Sequence record: LC768500.1
Reading direction: 5' to 3' (one strand)
Length of the DNA: 64,000 nt
Source: Klebsiella phage phiKp_32
Shown here piece after piece: positions 27,464 through 36,701 of this stretch. Both the position numbers and the translations under genes were made by a program. How positions within the stretch are numbered: position 1 is the stretch's first letter; the number at the start of each line of letters is the position of its first letter. The notes beneath the pieces were generated by a model that saw nothing but the letters and a program-made list of their open reading frames with translations, was not told the origin of the DNA and searched no databases.

Positions 27464-30400
27464 ATGGCAGAAAAATTTGTCTATAAGAAACCCATAAACC
27501 AGCTTAAACCAGAGTTGATGTCTATCAATATTAACTTGAACTCATTTCCCTGGTCGGTTTCATCGTCACGTCAATATATGTTGGGTGGTAACGTAGCTAA
27601 AGCAGTTTCCATACAAGGGGCGTCGACAAGACGCAATCCTACCGGCTTCGAACCAGAATATGCTAAGTACGCTCGTAAAGTCGTAGCCCCGTCAAACATG
27701 ACTGTAGAGAGAACATTTTATCAGCGATCTCTACAACCCGGTAGCAATCTTGCAGATGATTGGGCGGAGATCCACGTTATCTTCTTTAATGAAGAACACC
27801 AGCTTTATGATCTCTTAACTATTCCACGATTTAATACGCAGAATACTTACGTTGGGTTTGAGTACAAACTTAACAAGGATAACCTTCGTAAACTCAGTAC
27901 AGAATCACCGACCTTTAAGAAAGGCGATGTGTTTGCGTATTCTCCAAATATCAGCGATACTGGAGAGTGGATGTTTGGTACTGAGGCGATGGTTTGTGGG
28001 ATGACCGCACCTTATACCGAAGAAGACGGCATTGCTATTACTGAGAGCTTTGCTCGTAAGCTGACCAGCATCTTCCAGCATTCTCGTAAGTTCTCCTGGA
28101 ACGAAGCAGAGTACGTCCCCCTGAATCTTTATGGAACATTAGATTCCCCACGACCGTTCCCTGAGAACGGAGAAAGTATTCGTAGTGACGGCATCGTCAT
28201 GGGATTCCGTAGACGTGACACTTCGAGCGCTCTGGTGGGCTTAACCAAAAAAGCACTCATGCGTCCTGATCAAACTTATGATATTCTTTTCTACGCACCT
28301 AAAGATTGTGTTGTTAAAAATATCTCCGTCAAGTCAGATCGTTATAAGAACGTTTCCAATAACAAACGTCAGGAGAAGATTACTCAGCCTCACACTCAGT
28401 TGCTGGAACGTTATGAACAGCGCTCTAACCAAATGGCGTTTGAGGTCCAGGAGTGGTATTACCGGATGGATGCGAAGTTTAAAGATTCCGATCTTCCTTT
28501 CACCCATGCGCTCCAAGAGTTCATCTCTAAACAGTTAGGCGACGTCACTAAAAACTTCGCTACCGGCAAGTATAACCAGGTCAAGCGAACTCACCGCAAT
28601 AAGGCGCTTTTGGATTGGAACGTCGAGATTACTTTAAAGGAAAGAGTCACTGCGCGTAAACGTTTTAAAATTACCGACACTCAAGGTGCTTCGCCCCACA
28701 AGTATCCGTTATCTTAAAATGATGTTGGGGTTGTAAAGACTTTTTGAAGGAGGTCTTTATGACGGTGAAATTGATAGGAAATCCCGATATAGAAGTAGAC
28801 TTACTCGAAAAGTCTTTATTTATAAAGGGAGAAGAAATTATTGAAGGGAACGCCTTCCGAGTAGATTTATTCGGTGGAAGTTTCCAAGTGACACGGGAAT
28901 GGCTAATCTCGTTCGCTCGTTATAACTTGGATATCCCAAAAGAGCATGTCGATAAAATAACCTTTATTCGATTTGCTAAAACATGGTCTCCGTTTCGTAA
29001 AACCAATAAGCGATACGAAATACCCGTCTTTGACGAACCTATGGTTTCTGAAGACGGATACGCGATCATACCAACCGATTTTGAATATGAAATTAGTCGG
29101 GAAGGAGTTATTAGAAATCGTAAGACCAAACGAATCGCTCCATTGTACGAGAAAGACTACCTTTTTTGTTCGCTAAAGGGAGAGGAAAGGTTACATCGTA
29201 CTGTGGCTCTTGTTTGGTGCTATAACGAGAACTTCGAAACACGACCGATTGTTAATCATAAAGATGGAAATAAGCTTAATCCTCACGCAGATAACTTGGA
29301 ATGGTCATCGTTTTCTTTAAACGCAATTCATGCGTTTAAAGAAGGGCTTAGGGATGATAATAAGCCTTGTGTGATGAGGAACATCTTTACCGGAGAGGTT
29401 ACTGAGTTTTATTCGGTAAGTGCCGTTGCTTATGAATTCGGACTAGGATTTGAGTCAGCCTTCGCGTACCTTAAACGTAAAATGCGGCAATCCCCTTTCA
29501 TGAAAGAATATGAGTTTGTGTTGAAAGGAGATCCTTGGGAAATTCCGTTGGGCGGTATAAAGGGAGTAAGAGGGCGGTATCTCTTCACTATAGAAAAACC
29601 AAATGGTGAAGTGGTATACCGGACCAATATCCCTAAAATCATATCCGAATTCAAGTTATGGAATCTCCCGAGTTGGTCGAAGGATTGCGTTGTAGAAAGG
29701 ATGAAGGAAGAACATCCCGATTGGTCGATTTCTGTTATTGATTACTTTAGGGCGGGCGAGTATCAGGTCAAAAACCTACAAACCGGAGAAGTGATCGATT
29801 TCGTAAAACCCGCCGAAGTATCCGGGTTGATAGGCGTCCCTCGTCAAACCATTAATAAGTGGTTAACCGAAAAACAATTTAACGTCAATCACAACGGTTG
29901 GGTATTCAGGGAGAAATCATCTTCTGAATGGGATGAGGTTTTCCCGAAACCCAATTCTAAGAAAGCGGTATTGGTGACCGACATCAATACAGGTAAAGTG
30001 TCTGAGTTTGAATCCGTAATAGCCGCGGCTTCTCACTTTGGTATTAACAAACGTTCAGTGGGTAGAAGGATACTATCCGGAAGTCTTTTCGAGAGCAAGA
30101 AGTTTAGTTACAAGCCCCAACATCCTTCATAAGACATTTGATATTTGTGAGACAGGGCCGGCTAGGCACGAAAGTCCTAGACCGTTATCTCTTTGAATTG
30201 CTGGAAAAACCACAAAAGTCTGATGCCTGCTTAGCAGGAGGGGATAACCCGGAAATAAGTTCAGACCTGACCTATGCTAACCAATAACGCTAAGGGTCGT
30301 TAAAAAGGGTGGATCAGCAGCGAACCCTACTTCGGTAGGAGGCGTTCAACGACTAAGGCCTAACCAGCCTGTACTGGAGACATGATGTTTCTGGGAAGTG

Positions 30401-31400
30401 GAGAGAGACCTAAGTTCGGCTCTAGCCGAATATGGTTAAGATATAGTCTGTTCCCTAATAACACTAGGGCGGGTGTCTTCGCACACCGGGTTCCACGATG
30501 GAACTGGACAAAAAGAAAGGTGTAATCGTTCACATTATACCCGATGCTAACGCACCGCGATACGCCGATGGACGTCGATCAGAAGTCATTATTAACAATA
30601 CTCCTGCTTTTAGACGCCAGATCTTTTCGGCGTTAATAGAAGCTGGGGTTAACTTAATAGGCTTGGAGATCGAAAACAGGATCAGAGTTCTCGTTGCTCA
30701 AAATGGAGGGTATAAGAAAGCTTATCAGGAGCTCATTAAGTTTTATCGTTCTACCGCTCCGGAGTTCGCTGATATCGTTGATACCGCTCTCCCCACGGAA
30801 GAAGAACAATTCGATCACGTTGACTTTGTGTTGAGTGATAAGATCTCTGTTCAGCGTCGAAGCGACACTCAGCTGTATGGCGCGGATATTCTGAGATTGA
30901 TGCGGGAAACCTATCCGGATATCAAACCTCAAAAGGCAATTTACGTTAACGAGCTCGGTCAGGAAATCACCACCATGTTCCCTGTCAGTATCAGCAGCAT
31001 GTATTACATCCTGCTTGATAAGTTCGGTAACGATATGAGTTGCCAGTCATTCCCTAAGCGTAACGTGTACGGTCTGCCGTCTAAGTTGAATCATGGCGAT
31101 CGTTATAGGGATTGGCACCGCGCTCAACCAGGTCGTAATATGGGTGAGGCAGAATCACGTCAGAAAAATACTCAAATGGGGGGAGAGGAAGTTGTAAGGC
31201 AGTTGGCGGCAGCTAACTCCCCTTACGTTTGTATCATGATGACGAAACGTATTATTCGGGCTGATAATCCGTTCCGAATTAAAACCATTATTAAACCTGA
31301 AGAGTATGCGATGAGCCGATCTTTGGGAATGACGATGAATTTACTCAACGACGCGGGTTATACTTTACGTAAGGAAAAAGACAGTGATCTTACTTCGTGA
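27464..31400 (+). CDS. multisubunit RNAP beta-like C-terminal subunit, interrupted by a group I intron. Predicted exons 27464-28690 and 30516-31400, about 703 aa
   Basis: MTAPYTEEDGIAITE matches beta MPWNGYNFEDSILVSE. The junction TQGA|KGVIVHIIPDANAPRYADGRRSEVIINNTPAFRRQ matches [20 protein letters not shown]…VLNPLGVPSRMNIGQ. MYYILLDK…DMSCQSF and LGMTMNLL match the beta C-terminus. Confidence 0.55.
28691..30515 (+). mobile_element. group I intron with HNH homing-endonuclease ORF; paralogous to the 14517-15946 intron
   Basis: Core at 30270-30515 is about 75% identical to 15700-15946: aaccaataaYgctaa, cagcgaaccctacYtcggtagga, gttcaacgactaRg, gacctaagtt, aatatggttaagatatagtctgt. The 3' end uggacaaaaaG parallels uggacaaucaG. 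Confidence 0.55.
28744..30132 (+). CDS. HNH homing endonuclease with NUMOD-like repeats (intron-encoded)
   Basis: VNHKDGNKLNPHADNLEWSS HNH motif; three repeats NIFTGEVTEF…, NLQTGEVIDF…, DINTGKVSEF…. Confidence 0.7.
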   Translation: MKEVFMTVKLIGNPDIEVDLLEKSLFIKGEEIIEGNAFRVDLFGGSFQVTREWLISFARYNLDIPKEHVDKITFIRFAKTWSPFRKTNKRYEIPVFDEPMVSEDGYAIIPTDFEYEISREGVIRNRKTKRIAPLYEKDYLFCSLKGEERLHRTVALVWCYNENFETRPIVNHKDGNKLNPHADNLEWSSFSLNAIHAFKEGLRDDNKPCVMRNIFTGEVTEFYSVSAVAYEFGLGFESAFAYLKRKMRQSPFMKEYEFVLKGDPWEIPLGGIKGVRGRYLFTIEKPNGEVVYRTNIPKIISEFKLWNLPSWSKDCVVERMKEEHPDWSISVIDYFRAGEYQVKNLQTGEVIDFVKPAEVSGLIGVPRQTINKWLTEKQFNVNHNGWVFREKSSSEWDEVFPKPNSKKAVLVTDINTGKVSEFESVIAAASHFGINKRSVGRRILSGSLFESKKFSYKPQHPS

Positions 31401-33363
31401 TTATGCGAATCTGACCGAACGAGAGCTCCTGACCAAATGGTGGAAGAATCGTGTTAAAGTTGTGGTTAAGGATGACCACGGTGAAACACTAGAAACCGAT
31501 TCTTACGTGTTGATGGTGAATTGGTATGGATTATCGATTCACCGAGCCTATAACAAAATCCCTTATTCCATACAAGAGATATTCCAAGCCAAAGTCTGGA
31601 ATGATAAAACAATACAGCGACCTATTAACTGGTTCCTCCAAAATCAGTTGATGCCGTTAATTGACGATCCGGTTGAAACCGATCGGATTAAGCAAATGAT
31701 TTACGAGTGGCAGATTAAACTTAATAACTTCCTGCACTTCTTTGGTCAAGGAGCGGAGATATCGGCGCTGGGGTACGATATACTCGACGTCATGGATCAT
31801 CCTTTGATGAGGAGTATCAAAGAACGCATCCATTCTCTCGAAATAACCATCGATGAAGGGGAGGCGGAATTTAAATCGCTTATCCTTGAGCATGAAGATT
31901 TCGATAGCAACACCTTTGCTTTACTCGCTAGGACCGGATCGGTTTCGGTCAATCAGGGCTTCCAAACCGTTATTATCAGGGGATCGGTATTTGACCTAAA
32001 CAACCAGATACTCCCCAATCCTGTAGAAGCATCATTTGCAGATGGTTTGGTTAATTTGGCGGATGCTTTGGGTGAGAGTAAAGCGGCGGGTAAGAGTCTC
32101 ATCAGTAACGGCCGCGCATTGGAAGATTCAGAGTGGTTCCATAGGAAATTGCATATTGTGACTTCCGTGGTGACAGATCTGCATCATCAGACTGATTGCG
32201 GGACAACCTTCACAGTACCGATTAAAATTCTTTCCAGGGATATGCTTTCTGCTATGAAGGGCAAGTATATCGTGGAAGAAGGCAAGTTGGTCTTATTAAC
32301 CGATCAAACCATTAAACGTTACCATAAAGGCGATGTTCTTAATATGAGGTCGGTTAAAGGATGCCTCACTCACACTCCTGGATCTCCCTGTGGGGTGTGT
32401 TACGGCAAGATGAAGGCCTCGATACCGTATAACGTCATCATGATGAAATCTGCGAATCCTGGCATGTATTCCGCCACGGCAATTGCAGAACGTATTGGCC
32501 AGGCTCTTCTTTCGACCAAACACTTCATGAGACACACTCAAACTATTCCGTTCTTTGTTAAGCCAACAGATGCGGATGTGATCTCCTCTGATACGAATTA
32601 CATTTTCTTGAATAAAGAAATGTGTCGTAAAGGAACTAAGGTCATATTGGATGGGTTGATCGGAAGCGAGCTTTCTGACTTCCGAAATCTGGAATCTCTG
32701 GATGAGATCAATTTCGATCAATTGCGGACATTCCCTTCTGTTGCGTTTGAATATGAAACGGAAGACCCGATGACCGAAGGTATTGCGATCACACAACGTA
32801 ATATCACCACGTCTGTATCCTCTCGTAGTGCAAGGATGTCAAGAGAGTTTATCGAGTACGCCATCTCTAAAGGGTGGGAGAAAGATAAAAAGTTGATTAC
32901 GGTCGATCTGTCTGATTATCGTAGTGAGGATCCGTTGTTCTTCCTCCCTTATGTACATGAGGACCTGGATCAGTATCGTCGTCAAATCGAAGGATTTGTC
33001 TCTTTCTCCAATCGTAACAACGCTTGGAAGCAAAGGGAGATAACTCCTGAGATCTTCGGGGAAGTATTAGGCGAAATGTGGAGCTTAGTAAACCGTAAGT
33101 TTGCCGGGATCAACATTATTCACTCCGAAATTATCCTTTACTCCCTGTTAACGAGGGATCCGTTTAACGGATTGTATAGGATACCTAGAGGTGACGAGCC
33201 CCAGTATTTCTCCGCTTTCACGCATTGCATTAACAATCGAGGAATAGGGACCCTGGCGATTTACCAGAAGCAAAATCAGATACTCGAATCCCCTGAGACG
33301 TATGATATTAAAGAACGTCAAGGAGGCGCCTTTGAGTGTTATCTGGCTCCAGCCGTCCTATAG
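31384..33363 (+). CDS. multisubunit RNAP beta'-like C-terminal subunit (659 aa)
   Basis: ARTGSVSVNQGFQTVIIRG…DGLVNLADAL…VTSVVTDLHHQTDCGT matches ADSGARGS…EGLNVLQYF…[17 protein letters not shown]…CGVCYG…ATAIAERIGQALLSTKHFMRH matches RSVVSC…CAHCYG…AAQSIGEPGTQLTMRTFH. GTG start with AAGGA SD. Confidence 0.6.
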   Translation: MILLRDYANLTERELLTKWWKNRVKVVVKDDHGETLETDSYVLMVNWYGLSIHRAYNKIPYSIQEIFQAKVWNDKTIQRPINWFLQNQLMPLIDDPVETDRIKQMIYEWQIKLNNFLHFFGQGAEISALGYDILDVMDHPLMRSIKERIHSLEITIDEGEAEFKSLILEHEDFDSNTFALLARTGSVSVNQGFQTVIIRGSVFDLNNQILPNPVEASFADGLVNLADALGESKAAGKSLISNGRALEDSEWFHRKLHIVTSVVTDLHHQTDCGTTFTVPIKILSRDMLSAMKGKYIVEEGKLVLLTDQTIKRYHKGDVLNMRSVKGCLTHTPGSPCGVCYGKMKASIPYNVIMMKSANPGMYSATAIAERIGQALLSTKHFMRHTQTIPFFVKPTDADVISSDTNYIFLNKEMCRKGTKVILDGLIGSELSDFRNLESLDEINFDQLRTFPSVAFEYETEDPMTEGIAITQRNITTSVSSRSARMSREFIEYAISKGWEKDKKLITVDLSDYRSEDPLFFLPYVHEDLDQYRRQIEGFVSFSNRNNAWKQREITPEIFGEVLGEMWSLVNRKFAGINIIHSEIILYSLLTRDPFNGLYRIPRGDEPQYFSAFTHCINNRGIGTLAIYQKQNQILESPETYDIKERQGGAFECYLAPAVL

Positions 33364-33379
33364 ACAATAGGAGTTAACC

Positions 33380-34918
33380 GTGCGTAAGACGGTGGTCATT
33401 AACAAAGCGCACAATTACCTCAGAATAACGGATTATTCTGAGGAGTTTGTGAACAGAGTGATAATGCCGTTCTGTCGACGGTATCTTTATAAGTACGCCA
33501 AAAAACCTATCCCCGGAACAAGAAAAACTCAGAGTTACGTGAGTCATGTGTTCGCTCGTATGAATAATGACAAAACGGAATTCCGTATATCCGCGGGTCT
33601 TCTAAAAGAATTCCTGAGTTTTATGGAATATTGCGGGTACGCCCCCAACAGGGCGGAAATCCGAGATGTCCCTGAAATTATTCCGGCCAAGGTTGACTTT
33701 AAATGGAAGCCGCCTTTTGGTGAACTGAGGGAACACCAGGTGGATTGGTGTGAGTATCAGTTAGCGCCGGGTGGGTTAAAGGTCAATTCGGCTTTAATGG
33801 GTCAGGGTAAGAGTATTATGGCCACGCACACCATGCTTAATATGGGGGTGAGGACGCTGATAACTGCTCTTCCTAGATACATTCCGGTCTGGAGCAAATG
33901 TCTTTTCGAATACCTTGATCTGAAAATAGAAGATGTGATTTATGTCGAATCAGGTCAGATAGAGGAGATTGCTGAAAATATTCAGAATGGGATTATTAAC
34001 CCTAAAATCATTATCCTTCCGTTGACTAGGATCGACACGCACTACAAACGGATGAGGGAGGATGATGCTGTTCCTGACTTAGATGAACTCTATGCTAAGA
34101 TGGGAATCGGGCTGAGGATCATGGATGAAGGACATGAATCTGTTTATCAGGTTTATATGTCCATGCTCTACGGCAATTTCTCGAAGACCCTGGCACTGTC
34201 AGCAACCCTGAAAGCAGACGATGCTTTACAGAACCGTATCTATTCGTACATCTATCCTCAAAGCATTCGGTTAAAAGATGGCGTGGCGAAGAAATACATC
34301 GATGTTTACGCCTACCATCACTGGATTGACATTAGGAAGTTCAGAATTAACCCCAGAGGATTTGGGGGGTATAACCACGTGAAGTTCGAACAAGGGATTA
34401 TGAAGTCCCCTTACCTGCTCGGTAGGTATTACGAACTCTGTAAACAGGCGTTTGAAGAGTTTTATGTCAAAGACTTGTTACCCGAGCAAAAAGCCCTCTG
34501 GTTCTTTGCTACAGTAGAAATGTGTGTCAACATGTTGGAGTTCTTTAAAAGGGACTACCCGGAAATGGATTTCGGGAAATACACCAACGAGGAATCGTCT
34601 AAGGCAGATACCAAGGATAATTACCTCAAGCACCAAGTCTTGATTACCACTCCTCAGAGTTGCAGCACCGGTAAAGATATTGAGAAACTCTACGTGGCGT
34701 TTAGTCCCTATGCGGTTTCTTCTAAACAGCGTAACGCTCAGTCATTAGGGCGTTTAAGGGAAATAACAAAATGGTGGCCTGACCTTTCTCCTAAGTACGT
34801 TTACTTCGTTTGTCAGAACGTCGACAAGCAAGTTGACTACCACCGTAAACGAATGGAAGAGTTTGCGGATAAAGCGAAGAGCATCACCAATATCAATAGC
34901 GGGCATTCTATTCCTTAG
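33380..34918 (+). CDS. SF2 (DExH-type) helicase
   Basis: Walker A MGQGKS and motif II MDEGHE; GTG start with AGGAG SD. Confidence 0.6.
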   Translation: MRKTVVINKAHNYLRITDYSEEFVNRVIMPFCRRYLYKYAKKPIPGTRKTQSYVSHVFARMNNDKTEFRISAGLLKEFLSFMEYCGYAPNRAEIRDVPEIIPAKVDFKWKPPFGELREHQVDWCEYQLAPGGLKVNSALMGQGKSIMATHTMLNMGVRTLITALPRYIPVWSKCLFEYLDLKIEDVIYVESGQIEEIAENIQNGIINPKIIILPLTRIDTHYKRMREDDAVPDLDELYAKMGIGLRIMDEGHESVYQVYMSMLYGNFSKTLALSATLKADDALQNRIYSYIYPQSIRLKDGVAKKYIDVYAYHHWIDIRKFRINPRGFGGYNHVKFEQGIMKSPYLLGRYYELCKQAFEEFYVKDLLPEQKALWFFATVEMCVNMLEFFKRDYPEMDFGKYTNEESSKADTKDNYLKHQVLITTPQSCSTGKDIEKLYVAFSPYAVSSKQRNAQSLGRLREITKWWPDLSPKYVYFVCQNVDKQVDYHRKRMEEFADKAKSITNINSGHSIP

Positions 34919-35010
34919 AATTTTTCAGTACTAAATTATTATTAGGTCAAGAGCTGGGGGTTTCCTCAGCTCCCACCTATTACGCGTTTACAAATTTAGG
35001 AGGAACGACT

Positions 35011-35460
35011 ATGCGTTCCGTCATGATCATAAGAGCAGGAAAGGAGATCGAACCCTTTGCATTGGAAGCCTTGATCGCGGGCATTTTGGACTACTCAGCA
35101 CATCAGAAACTCGAAGATGCGTACGAGATTATGGATTCTTTGTTATCCAATATTGTTACGGATAGTTTGGATGAACTTAATGACAAAATGCTCGAACCCA
35201 CCACTCGACCTCTTTCCTTATACGAGAAGGAAAAATACCAGCATTATTTGAACGAAAAGAAGAACGAACGTTATATTCGTTTCTTCCAATTACGTCAGCG
35301 TACTCTGAGCGCTTTCTCGACGTTTCTTGAAAACTTTAACGACCCCATCCTATCTATGTCTAAAGGTAATAATCTTTTACCCAAGTTGGAAGCCGAACGA
35401 AATAATATTTTGTTCGTCTCATTAGAGCAGAAGAAGAATGGAACCAAAACAAAACAATAG
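35011..35460 (+). CDS. hypothetical protein (149 aa)
   Basis: Strong aggagga SD. Confidence 0.55.
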   Translation: MRSVMIIRAGKEIEPFALEALIAGILDYSAHQKLEDAYEIMDSLLSNIVTDSLDELNDKMLEPTTRPLSLYEKEKYQHYLNEKKNERYIRFFQLRQRTLSAFSTFLENFNDPILSMSKGNNLLPKLEAERNNILFVSLEQKKNGTKTKQ

Positions 35461-35836
35461 CCTGATTTCGGTATTGCGATCTCGCTCCAATTATTCTGAG
35501 GAAGGAGGCTTGGTAGCTGGAGAATATCTGGCGGATTATTTTGAAAACGCCATTATTCAAGAGCATATGGATTTGGGTTATTTAAGAAACATGTGTTATG
35601 AACAGGCGTTAATGGGCAGTCGGTCATTAACAAAACCTGGGTGGATGCATCCAGCCCTCTCTTACGACGCAAGTGACGTCTGCGACGATTTATTTACAGA
35701 AGCGATGGAAATACTCGCTGAAGTTAATAATGACGTCACAGAGGCTCTGAATTGCATTAATTCCATTTCCTTTAAACGTACTTCCCGGCTCCTCTTTAGT
35801 ACCGGAAGTGTAATTATGATAAAAACCCAATGGTAA
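35438..35836 (+). CDS. hypothetical protein (132 aa)
   Basis: ORF overlapping the previous gene's 3' end. Confidence 0.45.
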   Translation: MEPKQNNSLISVLRSRSNYSEEGGLVAGEYLADYFENAIIQEHMDLGYLRNMCYEQALMGSRSLTKPGWMHPALSYDASDVCDDLFTEAMEILAEVNNDVTEALNCINSISFKRTSRLLFSTGSVIMIKTQW

Positions 35837-36201
35837 ACAGAATAAGAAGTTTGGTTAGGGTCAGTGTCCCAGCAGACATCCCCTGGGCTTCTGATTCGAG
35901 GTTGTACCACGCCAGCGCACTTTTCTTTGAACGCTGGATTTACTATGGTGATTTCTCTCCTGAAGCTTACGACGAACTCTTTATCGATGTCGAATCTTTA
36001 TTTGAGAAACCACCGAAATTAGATGTCAATGAGATGTTTGATGAATGTTTACTCTTAGTGGAAAATATTCGTAATGACGAACTTAACAGTGAAGTGAAAC
36101 ATCTTATTGAGAGCAGTCGTTTTAAGGTATCGGTTGAGGGCACGAAGCTCATCAATTGGGATCATCAACGCTTTTTAATCTTAGTGGAAACTTTAACATG
36201 A
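35830..36201 (+). CDS. hypothetical protein (123 aa)
   Basis: ORF with weak SD. Confidence 0.4.
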   Translation: MVNRIRSLVRVSVPADIPWASDSRLYHASALFFERWIYYGDFSPEAYDELFIDVESLFEKPPKLDVNEMFDECLLLVENIRNDELNSEVKHLIESSRFKVSVEGTKLINWDHQRFLILVETLT

Positions 36202-36647
36202 GTAGAAAATCTATTGTATTACGTCTTCCGGCTTCAACTGTTGCCGACCTCAAGGAGTTTGACGAAGAAGCGCAACTTCTTATTCTCACAGCCTGCCTCT
36301 CACTCGCCAAACGACCCACTCAGGAACTCGTTAAGGAAGACGAAGACACCGATCCTCGCTCCATCATCTCCAAAGAGGTCGATGATATTCTCGACACCAT
36401 CGACGATAACTTCGAAGAGGTTGACGACGACGAGGATGATGAATCGGCAGAAGCCCGTAAGGATGAACAACGTACGGTGATTCATCAGCAAATGGCTGAC
36501 TTCATCGAAGAGTTTGTTGGGTTGCTGACCGACCCTCAAAGTGAAAACTGCGGCGTATTGGCGGCCATCGCGCTGGAAGAACTCGACACCCCTATCAGCT
36601 GGGCTGCTGATGACAAAACCGGCCTGACCACCATTGTATACGGCTGA
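36198..36647 (+). CDS. highly acidic small protein (D/E-rich; DNA-mimic-like composition)
   Basis: …KEDEDTDPRS…EVDDILDTIDDNFEEVDDDEDDESAEARKDEQ…; the table ORF starts at TTG 36156 and the ATG is at 36198. Confidence 0.5.
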   Translation: MSRKSIVLRLPASTVADLKEFDEEAQLLILTACLSLAKRPTQELVKEDEDTDPRSIISKEVDDILDTIDDNFEEVDDDEDDESAEARKDEQRTVIHQQMADFIEEFVGLLTDPQSENCGVLAAIALEELDTPISWAADDKTGLTTIVYG

Positions 36648-36650
36648 CAG

Positions 36651-36701
36651 TAATCCTCCTACCCCAATGGGGTAGGAGGATTAGCTTATTTATTTTTTTT
36701 T
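36651..36701. terminator. bidirectional rho-independent terminator (CCTCCTACCCC family)
   Basis: Perfect 15-bp stem taatcctcctacccc-aat-ggggtaggaggatta followed by a long T-run; abuts the stop of minus gene 36702. Confidence 0.6.

Noticed and set aside
30498-30515. ATG 30498 (MELDKKKGV…) as the true start of the beta exon 2 protein
   Set aside because: The ATG lies inside the intron's terminal hairpin. Beta homology (KGVISKI…) only begins at the KGV codons, and an N-terminally truncated stand-alone product would lack the upstream beta segments encoded by 27464-28690.
36600-36640. Additional CUGAUGA matches (for example 36607 and the minus strand at 17885) as further hammerheads
   Set aside because: No adjacent closed stem II followed by GAAA and a stem III/UH arrangement could be drawn.
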